A DNA stretch of 64,000 nucleotides from Centroscyllium fabricii (Eukaryota): the NCBI GenBank assembly GCA_051313645.2, contig JBNRSN020000001.1:133238001-133302000 (forward strand), given 5' to 3'. Within the stretch, counting starts at the first letter, position 1, and each line of letters starts with the position of its first letter. Positions 35,883 to 47,967 of this stretch are shown one piece after another. Position numbers and translations under genes: made by a program. The notes under the pieces were generated by a model. It was not told the DNA's origin. It did no database searches and saw only the letters and a program-made list of their open reading frames with translations.

Positions 35883-38800
35883 GGGAAAATTCAGTTGGTT
35901 AGCGCATCCGGGGGCGCGAACGAGACGCTAGTGACTTACCACCCGCAAAATCAAATTGGCAGTTTGCGGCGGCGCTAAACACTACCGCCATGAGATCTCC
36001 TGCGCCCGGAGATCATGACATCATCCAAGCGTGTCGCGCCCGGACTGGAAATTGATTCTCATCCCCTGCTTCAGCGTCTACCGCTAGGAACGACAGGTAG
36101 AGGAGAACAGTTTGCAGTCGGCTGGGAGCTTGGGGAGCGCTATTTAAAGATGTGTTCTTCTGTTTTTTCCTGTCGGCAATCAATTCTGCATACGCAGTTC
36201 GAGAGAGGGAGCGAGGCGTCTGGAGACATTTAACAGTTTCCTACTTGAAGGAGTTTTGGTCATCCGCAAGAATCATCAGGTTTCCATTTCTGTAACCTTT
36301 AGTCCTACCACATTTAGAAGAGTTAATGGGGGCTGTACTGGCACGGGGCCTCGCCCTCCAGCTTCATCGTTGGAGGCAGAGAGAGAGAGTGAAAAACGTG
36401 GCCAGAGGGAGGAGGGCCAACAGGGCTTTGCACAGGAGACCTTGCCCTCCCTGGGTATTCTGGGAGCAATTCTCATATATCAATCTGTCCGAGGAACAGT
36501 GTTTTAGAAGGCTCTGCTTCAACAAGGAGGTGGTCACAGAGCTCTGCCACCTCCTGCAGCTAGACCTCCAGCCTCAGCTCAGGCCCAGGACATCAGTGGC
36601 AGTGGCTCTCAATTTCTACGCCAGCGGCTCCTTCCAGGCTTCAACTGGGGATATTGCGAACATCTCCCAGTTTGCTGTTCATTGCTGCATCTGGGAGGTC
36701 ACAAATGCTCTCTACAAAAGGAGAAAGGAGTACATCTCATTTCCCATGACCTGAGACAAACAGCGTGTATGCGCATATCGCTTCACTAGGATAGCGGGCT
36801 TTCCCATGGTTCAGGGCGCCATTGACTGCACGCACGTGGCATTGCGGACACCGCATGAAAATGCAGAGATTTTCTGCAACCGCAAAGGCTACCACTCACT
36901 GAACATGCAGTTGGTGTGCGGCTATAGATAGCACATCCTTGCCGTCAATGTCCGCCACCCTGGCAGCAGCCACGATTCATTCATCCTGAACCAGGCTGGT
37001 GTCCCAGAACTGTTCCAGCCACCACATCAACCTCATGCCTGGCTCCTCGGGGACAAGGGTTAGCCACTCTGCACCTGGCTGATGACACCGCTCTATAACC
37101 CCAATACACCGGCTGAACTCATGTACAATGAGAGCCATATCGCCAGTAGGAACCTCATTGAACAGACGATCGGCGTGCTGAAGCAACGGTTCCGGTGTCT
37201 TGACCACTCTGGAAGGGCTCTGCAGTACTCCCCTGATGGAGTATCGATTTGCATTGTTGTGTGCTGCATGCTTCACAACCTCGCCATTTTGAGGACCCAG
37301 CCATTGCCACTAGGGATTGATGGACCATATCAGGAGGAGGAGGAAGAGGAGGAGGATCAACAACATGGGAGGGAGGTGCTCAATGTGGCTTCTGCAAGGA
37401 CCGTTTGTGAACGCCTCATAACACAGCGCTTCCAATAAATGACAGAAAAGATGGCATTTGGGATCAACAGCCACATCATTACAGCCAGCTTACAGCCCCT
37501 ATGACTGGCCAAAGTTCTATTGAGAAACATGAGGAAATTTGTAACCTTTAAATAAATATTTTTATTCTTAACAACTGTGTCTTATTAAGCACAACCAATA
37601 ACCAGCACAACAATTTATTAACAAAGACAACTGGTTCTTCGCATATCGAAATAATTCTTAAAATCAAAAATATATTTACAAACACATCCATCTTTGGTAC
37701 AAACACTCACTCCATTTAGTCAAAAGTTTTTAGTTAGTCGGCCTTCTTCAGTGATCTCCCTCCCTTTCGAACTCCCCTCCCCCCCCCCCCCCCCCCTCCA
37801 TAATGTGGCCCCAGTGGCTGCAGCAAGGTTGGCAGAAGGCTGCTGAATCTCGGAGCCAGAGATTGCAGATGGCCTTGCAGGACACCCTCGACCAGCTCTG
37901 GGCTTGGAGAGCCCGGCTGCAGACTGCATCAACTCTGCATGGGTGGCAGCAGCCTGGGCTGGCTGGGTTACAGGCTGTGGCAAGTGCAGTGGTGGAGTGG
38001 CAATGGTAGGAACAGGAATGCTGTCATCCTAAGAGAAGACAGCACCTTCTTGCTTGACCAACACACTGCTAATCCCCCGGGGCAGAACCTCAACATCCGG
38101 AACAATCTGCTCAAGCATAGATTGCTGGCCTGCTGTTGCACCGTCAGATCCCCGGTGGACTGTGTTCGCCCCAGCTACGATGGCATCAATCTGAGACTGC
38201 ATCAGAACCATTGCATTGCCTCAGCCTGGGCTGCAATAGATGCTGCCATCTCACCCATTACACGGGGTCTGGGTCTTCACGGTCTCTGCAACGAGGCAAG
38301 GATGGGATCGAGGGTTTGCACACAGTCCGTGCTGGCGGCGGACTCCTCTATGTTCCTAGCCAGTGCATCCATGCTCTTGGGCACCCATGCCATTGCACCC
38401 ATGAGCTCATTATGCATGCTCATTGCTTGAGTATTCATCGCCGCAATATCGAGGTCCTCATCAGGGTCCTGTGCAGCAGAACTTGTGCATGCACTCACCC
38501 TCCGGGGAGAAGGCCCCCGAGCTTCCCTTTCCCCATGGCGTTGCTGCAGCCTGCTAGGTCCCGGAGCTTCACCCACATCAGAGCTAAACCCTCTGCTCCC
38601 CTCCAGTGACCACGTGGCCCCAGTATCTTATGTGTCGCCCTCAGGAGACACAGGCAGTGAGGCTTCGGCTTGGTGTTCCTGACCCTCTCCCGCTGGGAGG
38701 CTGAGCGACAGGCTGTTCAGATGGTGGCTCACTATCGGAAAGCAGGAAGGCACAAGAGTGGCTTTAACGTGAGGGGAGGGGGGCGAGAAGGGAGCAAAGA

Positions 38801-39747
38801 ATGGAGACCGTATACTTAGGTGGAAAGTGGGAAAGGCTCGTGTTGTGAGGGGGAATGACAGAGAGAGAGAGATGATTAACATATCGTTGCTGTCCCCAAG
38901 GAGGTCGAGCTCTCCGACTGCCACAAGAAAAGGACAGCATGTGAGTGAGTGTGCAGCCATGTGTTTGGCAGATGTGCCTACCATAGTTGAATAGCCATTA
39001 ATGGCTGCAAGGTGTGAGATGTGGATGTGACTTTTAGTAGATGGGCATAGTTGTTGGGTGAGTCTTGGGGATTTGTCAGTTTATACCGTCTGTGCACAGT
39101 GTGAGGTTGAGATGGTGGGATGTAGAGTTATTTCAAACATCCACTCACCCTGACCACCCGAGTGAGGTTGTTGAACTTCTTGCGACACTGGGCATGAGTC
39201 CTTTGGACCAGGCATCTGGAGGAGATGTAATGGGCCACCTCCCTCCACACCCTTGTGAACTCCCGGGGCAATGGCTTCCTGCCAATGTCTGGGAACAGCA
39301 CTGCCCATCGGCGTTCCACTGCCACAACCAGAGCTTCAAATGCCTGGTTGCTAAACTAGTGAGTGCTCTCCCTCTGCTTCTGAGCACCCATGATATTCGT
39401 GGTTCAGGATTTGCACCTCCTTGCAGGCCTAGGTCAAATGCAGCAATGATCAGGGTGAGGCTATGCAGCATGATTGAACCTCCCCTTTAAGAACTGGCAG
39501 GCGCCAGTCTGTCTGAGTACAAGGTAATTGACAGCGCCGGAACTTGAGTAGCGCTCTGAGGTAGCGCCTCATTCCTCGTTGTTAGCGCCCTAAGAGACGT
39601 GTGTAGCACTTGATTTAGCGCTCCAATCACCTTTAGGGGTGCTGGAGACGAATTTCACAGTTGCCAGCGATAATTTGTGCCAGGCACTAAATTTTGCACT
39701 CAGCTGATGTTAGCACCCCAAAATGATTGATATTGAATTTTTCCCCC
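35883..39747. mobile_element. Full-length PIF/Harbinger transposon (family 2), decayed
   Basis: TIR GGGAAAATTCA / TGAATTTTTCCC, TSD TCA; transposase + (36326-37438, stops) and Myb/SANT partner - (about 37780-39390; VWREVAHYISSR...QCRKKFNNL). Confidence 0.92.
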
Positions 39748-40681
39748 TCAGAGTCTGGAACTCTTTCATCTGAGAACAATTCAAGGTAGTTACCCTCCCT
39801 CAGATTATTCAGGTAGCACTGCATAGTTGATCTCAAAAACCAACATACATGTGTGGAATTTCACTTTGAGGCATATATATCATAAGCACAAAAAGGAAAG
39901 ACAGAACTGGTATTTAAAAAGCTCTTTTTATATTCCTGGGGCAACCAATGGGTTACTTTTGAAATGCTGTCACTTTTTTATGTAGGCAAACGTGTGCACT
40001 GCAAAACTTCACAAACTGCAAGTGAATAAATGACCAGATTTGTTGGTGTTGGTTGAGGAAGGAATGTTCCCTGCTCTTCTTTCACTTGTGCCTGGGATCA
40101 TAGGATTACATAGGATATACGGCACAGAAACAGGCCATTCAGACCAACCAGTCCATTCTGGCGTTTATGCTCCACTCGAGCCTCCTCCCATCTTTCCTCA
40201 TCTAACACTGTCAGCATAACTCTCTATCCAGTTCTCCCTCATATGCTTATCTAGACTCCCCTTAAATGCATCCATACTATTTGCCTCAACTAATCCCTGT
40301 GGTAGCGAGTTCCACATTCTCACCACTATCTGAGTAAAGAAGTTTCTTCTGAATTCCCTATTTGATTTGTTGGTGACTATCTTATATTTATGGCCTCTAG
40401 TTATGCTCTTCCCCATAAGTGGAGACATTCTCTCTGTATCTACTCAATCAAAACCTTTCATAATTTAAAAAACCTCAATTAGGTCACCCCTCAGCCGCCT
40501 TTATTCAAGCAAAAAGAGACCCAGCCTGTTCATCCTTTCCTGATAGATATACCCTCGCATTTCTGGTATCATCCTTGTAAATCTTCTCTATATGCTCTCC
40601 AGAGCCCCTCTTTATAATATGGCGACCAGAATTGTACGCAGTAGTCAACGTGTGATCTAACCAAGGTTCGATACAAGTTTA

Positions 40682-40949
40682 AGAAGTCACACAACACCAG
40701 GTTATAGTCCAACAGTTTTATTTTAAATCACAAGCTTTCGGAGCGCTGCTCCTTCGTCAGGCGAAAGAGAAGTTGATTTAAAGAACGCACATATGGAAGG
40801 GCGTTCTTTAAATCAACTTCTCTTTCACCTGACGAAGGAGCAGCGCTCTGAAAGCTTGTGATTTAAAATAAAACTGTTGGACTATAACCTGGTGTTGTGT
40901 GACTTCTTGCATTTGTCCACCCTAGTCCAACACCGGCACCTCCACATCA
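40682..40949. mobile_element. Penelope-like element terminal (pLTR) fold-back insertion, 108-bp arms
   Basis: Inverted repeat 40681-40788 / 40801-40908 plus about 40-nt tail; 14-bp TSD TCGATACAAGTTTA. Confidence 0.88.
40825..40861 (+). ncRNA. Minimal type I hammerhead ribozyme (mirror copy on - at 40728-40764)
   Basis: TCAC-CTGACGA-AGGAGCAGCGCTCT-GAAAGCTT-GTGA: stem I, CUGANGA core, stem II, GAAA, palindromic AAGCTT. Confidence 0.75.
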
Positions 40950-42496
40950 TCGATACAAGTTTAGCATAACTTCCCTACATTTCAATTCTATCCCTCTAGA
41001 AATAAACCCTAGTGCCTGGTTTGCTTGTATTATGACCGTGTTAACCTGTGTTGCTACTTTTAGTGATTTGTGTATTTGTACTCGGAGATCCCTTTGTTCC
41101 TCTACCCCACCCAGACTCAGGACCTCCCTATTCTTCCTACCAAAATATAGTACCTACATTTATCTGTGTAGAACTTAATTTGCCGTTTATATGCCCATTC
41201 TGCAAGTTTATTAATGTCTTCCTGTAATTTGTTGCAGTCCTCCTCAGTATTGACTATCCCCCCCCCCAATTTGGTGTCATCTGCAGAAACCCTAACCACA
41301 TTTTAAAAAGTACTTGGATGTGCACTTGGGATGCTGTAACCTGCAGGGCTACGGACCAAGAGCTGGGAAGTGGGATTAGGCAGGATAGCTCTTTGTTGGC
41401 CGGCGCAGACATGATGGGACAACGTGGCCTCCTTCCGTGCAGTAACTTTCTATGCTTCTATAATCTTGACCCACAGCCTACTGACTCAGGTGAAAGTGCT
41501 ACCAACTGAGCCACATACTGCTGTTCAGCGTAACTTTGGTACCGGATGGGGGCGATTTTGCCAGCGCTCGGGTCGGGTTTGGAGTTGAGACTGCTGGCAA
41601 AATCAAAAAGATTGGCAGCTGGTCCCGAAGCCACTTCCAACCCACCTCCAATGAATCTTCCCAGGAGTTGGGTCCCCGATTTGCGCTGGGACCCAACTTC
41701 TAGTGGCGGGAAGAGGATTATAGCCACTTAACTGCTTGTTAACAGGTAGTTAACAAGCAATTAAAAGGCTTTTTCCAATTTTAACACCTCTACTGCGGGC
41801 TTTCCATGTCTGGAAACCCCGCCAGGGTAAGTGTGGCGTGCTGTGGGTCTACTGTAATGTTTGTGTAAAGATGACAGCTGCAGAAATGGTGTGAATGATC
41901 CAATGGGATACTGGTGAATTACAGAAGTAAGAAAATGTTGGGAAAGTCATTTTTAATGAGTTTAGGATTTTCTGTACGAGACGAGCTTTGAAGTGTTTGT
42001 GTGGACTCACCTCATTGGGAGAACCTCTCTCACCGCTGACAGATTGCTTCTGTAACCTCACCTGCAGTTGCCATCTGTTTTAGCCTAAGGAGAGAGTTAC
42101 TGGAGAGTCTGGGTGTAAGGGCTCACCTTTGTACAGTGTTTGCAGCACCTCAAATGCTTTCAAACAATGAAAAAATCATCTGGCAAAAAGAAATGGTAGT
42201 GGGCCCTTTAAGAAAACCAGCAGATGACGCTTCATCAACTGATGTCATTGACACCGGCTTTCTCTAAATTGGCTGGTAGGCCCACAGGGCGGGATTAACA
42301 AGGCCAATTGACGCAAAATAGCGTCTGTGCATCGGACGTTGCTGGGGGCGGGACTAGAACCCGAAAGGCAGCAGTTCAAGGGTTATAGGGAGAAGGCAGG
42401 GACAGGGTACTAAATTTGGATGATCAGCCATGATCTCATTGAATGACGGAGCAGGCTCGAGGGGCCGAATAGCCTACTCCTGCTCCTATCTTCTAT

Positions 42497-43518
42497 AATG
42501 TGGAGGTGCCGGTGTTGGACTGGGGTGGACAAATGCAAGAAGTCACACAACACCAGATTATAGTCCAACGGTTTTATTTTAAATCACAAGCTTTCGGAGC
42601 TTCTGCCCCTTCATCAGGTGAAAGAGAGTCTGACTTAAAGTACGCACATGTGTGATGAAGAGAGAAATCTGATATCTCCCACATCTCACCTCCGTAGAGC
42701 TAGACACAGAAAGGCTTATTAACATATTTTAAGTGTTACATTTAAACATAGCATATATAGAGAGAGATAACAATGTGGTCTCTCCAGTTGTTTCACATCA
42801 CACCTCAGCTGAGGGACATCAAAGCAGTCAAAGATTTTCCAACATATCAAAGGTTGCAGTCACAAAGGGTCAAATGTTAGTCTGCTTTAAATCCCACATC
42901 ATGATTTTTTAAAAACCAGGATTTTTCTTACTTAAAATCGCAGAACAAGCCAAAGATGGTTCGAGTCTGGATGACTCTACGTCAGGCGGGGTCACATGTA
43001 GCGTGACATAAACCCAATATCACGGCCTCAACCGTGATATTGGGTTTATGTCACGCTACATGTGACCCCGCCTGACGTAGAGTCATCCAGACTCGAACCA
43101 TCTTTGGCTTGTTCTGCGATTTTAAGTAAGAAAAATCCTGGTTTTTAAAAAATCATGATGTGGGATTTAAAGCAGACTAACATTTGACCCTTTGTGACTG
43201 CAACCTTTGATATGTTGGAAAATCTTTGACTGCTTTGATGTCCCTCTGCTGAGGTGTGATGTGAAACAACTGGAGAGACCACATTGTTATCTCTCTCTAT
43301 ATATGCTATGTTTAAATGTAACACTTAAAATATGTTAATAAGCCTTTCTGTGTCTAGCTCTACGGAGGTGAGATGTGGGAGATATCAGATTTCTCTCTTC
43401 ATCACACATGTGCGTTCTTTAAGTCAGACTCTCTTTCACCTGATGAAGGGGCAGAAGCTCCGAAAGCTTGTGATTTAAAATAAAATCGTTGGACTATAAT
43501 CTGGTGTTGTGTGACTTC
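42497..43518. mobile_element. Penelope-like element fold-back insertion, 487-bp near-perfect palindrome
   Basis: Arms 42539-43025 / 43032-43518, loop CCTCAA; GLNRDIGFMSRYM* (PLE ORF C-terminus) at 43024-43065; flanking duplication CTATCTTCTAT. Confidence 0.92.
43436..43473 (+). ncRNA. Minimal type I hammerhead ribozyme (mirror copy on - at 42584-42621)
   Basis: TCAC-CTGATGA-AGGGGCAGAAGCTCC-GAAAGCTT-GTGA with intact core. Confidence 0.78.
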
Positions 43519-45473
43519 CTATCTTCTATGGCTTGGCAACAGTCTGCTGCTCCTTCGGCTATGCAAGGGTTGAGACGCCAATCTCAGTTGGGTGGGGACT
43601 CTGATGGGGCTCTGACCGAGGGCTCTGCAATGGAATGGTCATGTGAGTGCTTGGAGAGGAGCCCCCACATCCTTGTTGTATGCCACCAACATCCATCTCA
43701 TGGATCAGCCCCACTTCAGAGCTAGCAAGTGGCTGGACAGCACCTTGCTGCACCGCAGGGGGGCCGTGAGGACCTGTTTCTGCACTGGAAGTCCTACTCC
43801 AGCAGACTTGCATGAAGGTCTAGTTTGTTTGCTCAATAGCTGACCATCGCTCCTCAAGAGATGTCAGTCTATTCTGAACAATTACCAAGTTTTCCATACC
43901 CTGGCAACTAAGCTCCTCCATGGACATAGCCATCCTCTCCTCTACGGTAGCCAGCCTTACCATGGAGGTAGCCATCCTTTCCAAGGAGGTTGCCACCCTT
44001 TCCATGGTGATGCGTTCATGTGCCAACGCCTCCACAAAGGCTCTGCTCATTTTAGCGATGGACTCCTCCATTTGCTCCATGCTCGCAGCGACCCTGGAGC
44101 CAAAACCTGCCAGAGACTCCTGCACCTGTTCCTGGAGTTCCAGCACTGCTCTGCTGGATGGACCCGGAGCACAGGGTGGACGTGCAGCTAAGCCGAGCTG
44201 GGAGCATCCTCTTCCCTGTGATGAGGACACTCCACTGCTGTCCCTGTCTCCACCATCTGCTGATGCTCACTTGTGAGCTGTGATACACCAGGTGGCAACT
44301 CTACTCTATGTCCCGAAGGTCCCACCGAGGTGAGTGTCTGCGCTGGTGCAGGGTGTGCTTAATTCTGCTGACGGAGCGCCCTCAGAGGTTGCAGCTTCCT
44401 CTGAGGAGTCTGGAAGCTCAGGCTCTTCCTCCTGGACAGTGGGGATGGGGGCTCTTGATGGTCCTGTGGGGGAGTAAAGGAAAGAGTTAGAGATGTGAGG
44501 TAAAGGTTGCATGTACATTGAATTGTGCAAATGATAATGATTCTGATGCTCTAACAGATTGATTTATCAGTCACTCATGCAATGTCAATGAGAGAGATGC
44601 CAAACTATTTTGTCACCAGCTTGCTGTGATGCACCCGCCTGTCCATCCCCCCACTTGGGAATCCTCCTCGATCCCGGCAATTTCCAGGGCCGCCTCCTCC
44701 GAGGTGGTGAGCTGGGCTACTGAGGGTGGCCTTCCTCCTCGCTCTTTCTCTCTTATTGTGGGCTCTTTTTCCTGCAATGATGGAGACAAGTGGAGTTTGA
44801 GTGTGAATGAAGGAGTGAGTGTAGAGAATCCATAGCATTGATGCTTAGAAGGCGACAAAGAGCCCTCCCTGTGTGTTGTAAGTTATTGTCATTGTGTCAC
44901 AGTGATAGGGAGTGTGAGGGCTGCATGGTCAAATAATTAAGTGAATGTGACCATAGAGAGAGAGGGAATTGGTAAGGGTGCAGGGATGTCAGTGTCAAGT
45001 GGGATGTGGAGGAAGAGGTTGACAAAGAAGAGTGCTCCCTCACTCTCTCTCCCCGCCTACCTTCGTCCAGCAGCTGCTCCGGTTTTTTCTCTCCACCTCA
45101 GTGGATCGACAGCACCGACCCACTCTTGCCGCGCGCCACCAGCCCGCTCCACCTAACCCGACTGCCGCCCCATCGCCTGATTGACACGCCGCCTCCTCCA
45201 ATCCTTGCCGTGCCGCCCGGTCCCGCTGGCCAATCCGTACCCGCCTCGAAGGCGGGATCCACCCACCTGTGCCCGTGGCCTCAATCATTGAGCGGGCAAG
45301 CGGTTTTGTCGTGCCCTGGACTGTCCCTGGATTCGGTCTCTGGGTGTCAGTGTCCCTGAACCTCACAAAGCGATTGAACCCGGCGCTCAAACACTCCCAG
45401 CTGCCTGGAGGAGCAGGAATCCCAGCGCCTCTCAAAGGGTCCCAACCCGAAACGTCGACTCCACACCTCTCTA

Positions 45474-45768
45474 CCCCGATGCTGCCCGGCCTGCCGAGCA
45501 CCCCCTTGATGCTGCCCGGCCCGCCGAGCCCCTCCCCCTCCCCCGATGCTGCCCGGCCTTCCCCCCCCCCCCCCCGATGCTGCTCTGCACCCCCCCTCAC
45601 CCGATGCTGCCCGACCCCCTCCCCCGATGCTGCCCCCTCGATGCTGCCCGCCCCCCCCAGCCCCCATGCTGCCCGCCCGCCCCCCCTGCCCCAGATGCTG
45701 CCCGCCCCCCCCCCCCCCGATGCTGCCCGGCCGCCCCGCCCCCGATGCTGCCCGGCCTGCCGAGCCCC
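45474..45768. repeat. C-rich minisatellite (CCCCGATGCTGCCCG units)
   Basis: About a dozen visible GATGCTGCCC units separated by C runs; lies in a GC-rich unclassified repeat 45040-46175. Confidence 0.88.
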
Positions 45769-47493
45769 AATGGTTCCCCTCTGCTGCAGTTGCAGTGAAG
45801 TGAGTTGGGAAACGCGCCCTCACTTCACTGCTGGTTGGAGCTGCAGCGAGACGCTGAGGTGTTGCGGCGCCAAGTGGCGGCCAGCCAGCCGGAACGACCT
45901 ATGTTTTCCCCAGCACGGGCAGGGGACGGGGCGCAGGGCGGAGCGCGAGAAAACTGCCGGGCTGTGATAGGTCGAGCTTGGGCGGGGCAGTGTTGAAAAC
46001 TCATTGGCCGAGGCGCGCCCGGCCCCTGCGCCAATCTGCAACCGCCTGCAGGGCGGGATCCACCCACCCGTTCCCATAGCCTCGATCACTTGACCGGTCA
46101 GGCAAGTAAGATTTTGATTTACTTGCCCGGCGCCGCAATGTACTTGCCCCTGGCAAGCGGTTTTGTCGCGCCCTGTGGCGCAGGGTCAGCTACCTCAACA
46201 TGACTGAGCGGCAGTGCCAAAGGCGGCTCCGACTTTCGCGACAGGTAGTGACTGACATCTGCGCAATGCTGCAGCAAGTCCTGGAGCCCAGAGCAGCAGG
46301 TGGACACCCCTTGCCAGTGGCGATCAAAGTCACCACTGCACGCAACTTTTTTGCCTCAGGCTCATTCCAGGGATCATCAGCAGACATCAGTGGCATTTCC
46401 CAGTCGGCCACACACACTTGCATCACGTAGGTAACCGATGTCCTCTTTGCCCTCGCACCCTCTTTGCCCTCGTGCACAATCATATCCATTTCACCAGCGA
46501 TCGCGCAAGTGTGAGGGAGCGAGCGATTGGATTAGCTCGTCTGGCACGCTTTCCAAGGGTGCAGGGCATCATTGACTGCACACATATGGCCCTTAGGGCA
46601 TCCCATCGCAATCCAGGTGTTTTTGTCAACCACAAGGGCTTTCACTCCCTCAATGTTCCGCTGGTGTGTGACCACAACAAGGAGATTTTGCATGTTTGTG
46701 CCAAGTACCCTGGCAGTTGCCATGACTCCTTCATCCTGCGCCAGTCTACTGTGCCTCTGCTCTTCAGTCTGCCAGACAAACTTCAGGGATGGCTACTTGG
46801 AGACAAGGGCTATCGCCTGAGGACTTGGCTAATGACGCCACTCAGGAAGCCAGCCAACGAGGCTGAGGAGCGCGACAACTCCAGCCACATTTCCACCAGA
46901 TGCGTTATGGAGCACACCATCGGCTTGCTGAATATGCGATTCAGATGCCTCGATAGATCAGGTGGAGCCCTCCAGTAGTCAGCAGCCAGGGTCTCCAAAA
47001 TGGTCATGGTTTACTGTGCACTTCACAACATGGCACAGCGTCATGGCTTGCAGATTGCTGAGGAAAAGTGCATCCTCGCATACCCTCCTCAGATGATGAC
47101 GAGGAGGAGGAAAACGAGGAGCCTGCAGAACGCCATCAACTAGTGCCAGCATTACGCGAGAACATTGCTGCCTGGGATGCAAGGAACGCAATCATCCTGG
47201 GCAGATTTACTTAGCCTACTCAATCCAAGACTATAGACTCGCAGCTTCTTAAATAAGCATCAGCAATGGTCAGGACCATGCGGATTCCTAGCTATTTCTC
47301 CAACATCCTGACAATTGCAAGTACTCATGTAGGGGGTCACCTTGTGGGGGTCAGATTTGCCTCTGACTTCCTTGAGCTGGTCGAGATTGTCCGCTACCCC
47401 TGAGGCTGGAGACACTGCACCTAGGTGCAGCTTTGCGATACACAAAATACAATGGCCAACAGGTTGACCGTTAGAAAACTGCTTTAGCACCAA

Positions 47494-47885
47494 GGGCGGC
47501 ACGGTGGCACAGTGGTTAGCACTGTTGTCTCACAGCACTGGAGACCCGGGTTCAAATCCAGCCTCGGGTACTATCTGTGTGGAGTTTGCACATTCTCCCC
47601 GTGTCTGCGTGGGTTTCCTCCGGGTGCTCCGGTTTCCTCCCACAGTCCAAAGATGTGCGGGTTAGGTTGATTGGCCAGGATAAATTGACCTTTAGTGTTA
47701 GGGGGATTAAATATGTGGGGTTACGGGGATAGGGTGGGATATGTGTCGAATCAGGGATATGGGGAGAAGGCAGGGACAGGGTACTGAGTTTGGATGATCA
47801 ACCATGATCTCATTGAATGGCGGAGCAGGCTCGAAGGGCCGAATGGCCTACTCCTGCTCCTAGTTTCTATGTTTCTATGTTTCTA
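47494..47885 (+). mobile_element. HE1-type SINE with CR1-derived tail
   Basis: A/B boxes, V-domain, (TTTCTATG)n end. Confidence 0.9.
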
Positions 47886-47967
47886 AAACCACCACCAAAT
47901 TTTATGACCGAGAGAAATTCATGAGATGTTATCCTGCACGAATAAACTTTATATAACAAAATACAAT

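Larger units (their letters stand above)
40098..41290 (-). mobile_element. CR1 LINE 3' part
   Basis: SADDTKLGG, FFTQIVVRMWNSLP on -; CR1-type tail at 40098-40120. Confidence 0.85.
41548..45030 (-). mobile_element. Rearranged Harbinger remnant: terminus at 41548 and Myb/SANT-partner exons at 43530-44775
   Basis: GGGGCGATTTT terminus; ORFs homologous to 211-747 and 50966-52809 (EKRAHNKRERAR, MEESIAKMSRAFVE). Boundaries uncertain. Confidence 0.65.

Noticed and set aside
35485-35931. 148-aa ORF in non-repetitive intron
   Set aside because: No recognisable motif, runs into a transposon end; consistent with chance.
45040-46089. Several overlapping Pro- or Gly-rich ORFs
   Set aside because: Low-complexity C/G-rich repeat; no domain motifs.
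47494-47570. tRNA gene
   Set aside because: tRNA-derived SINE head continuing into V-domain and LINE tail; same for 20500-20571, 33400-33476 and 62539-62615.
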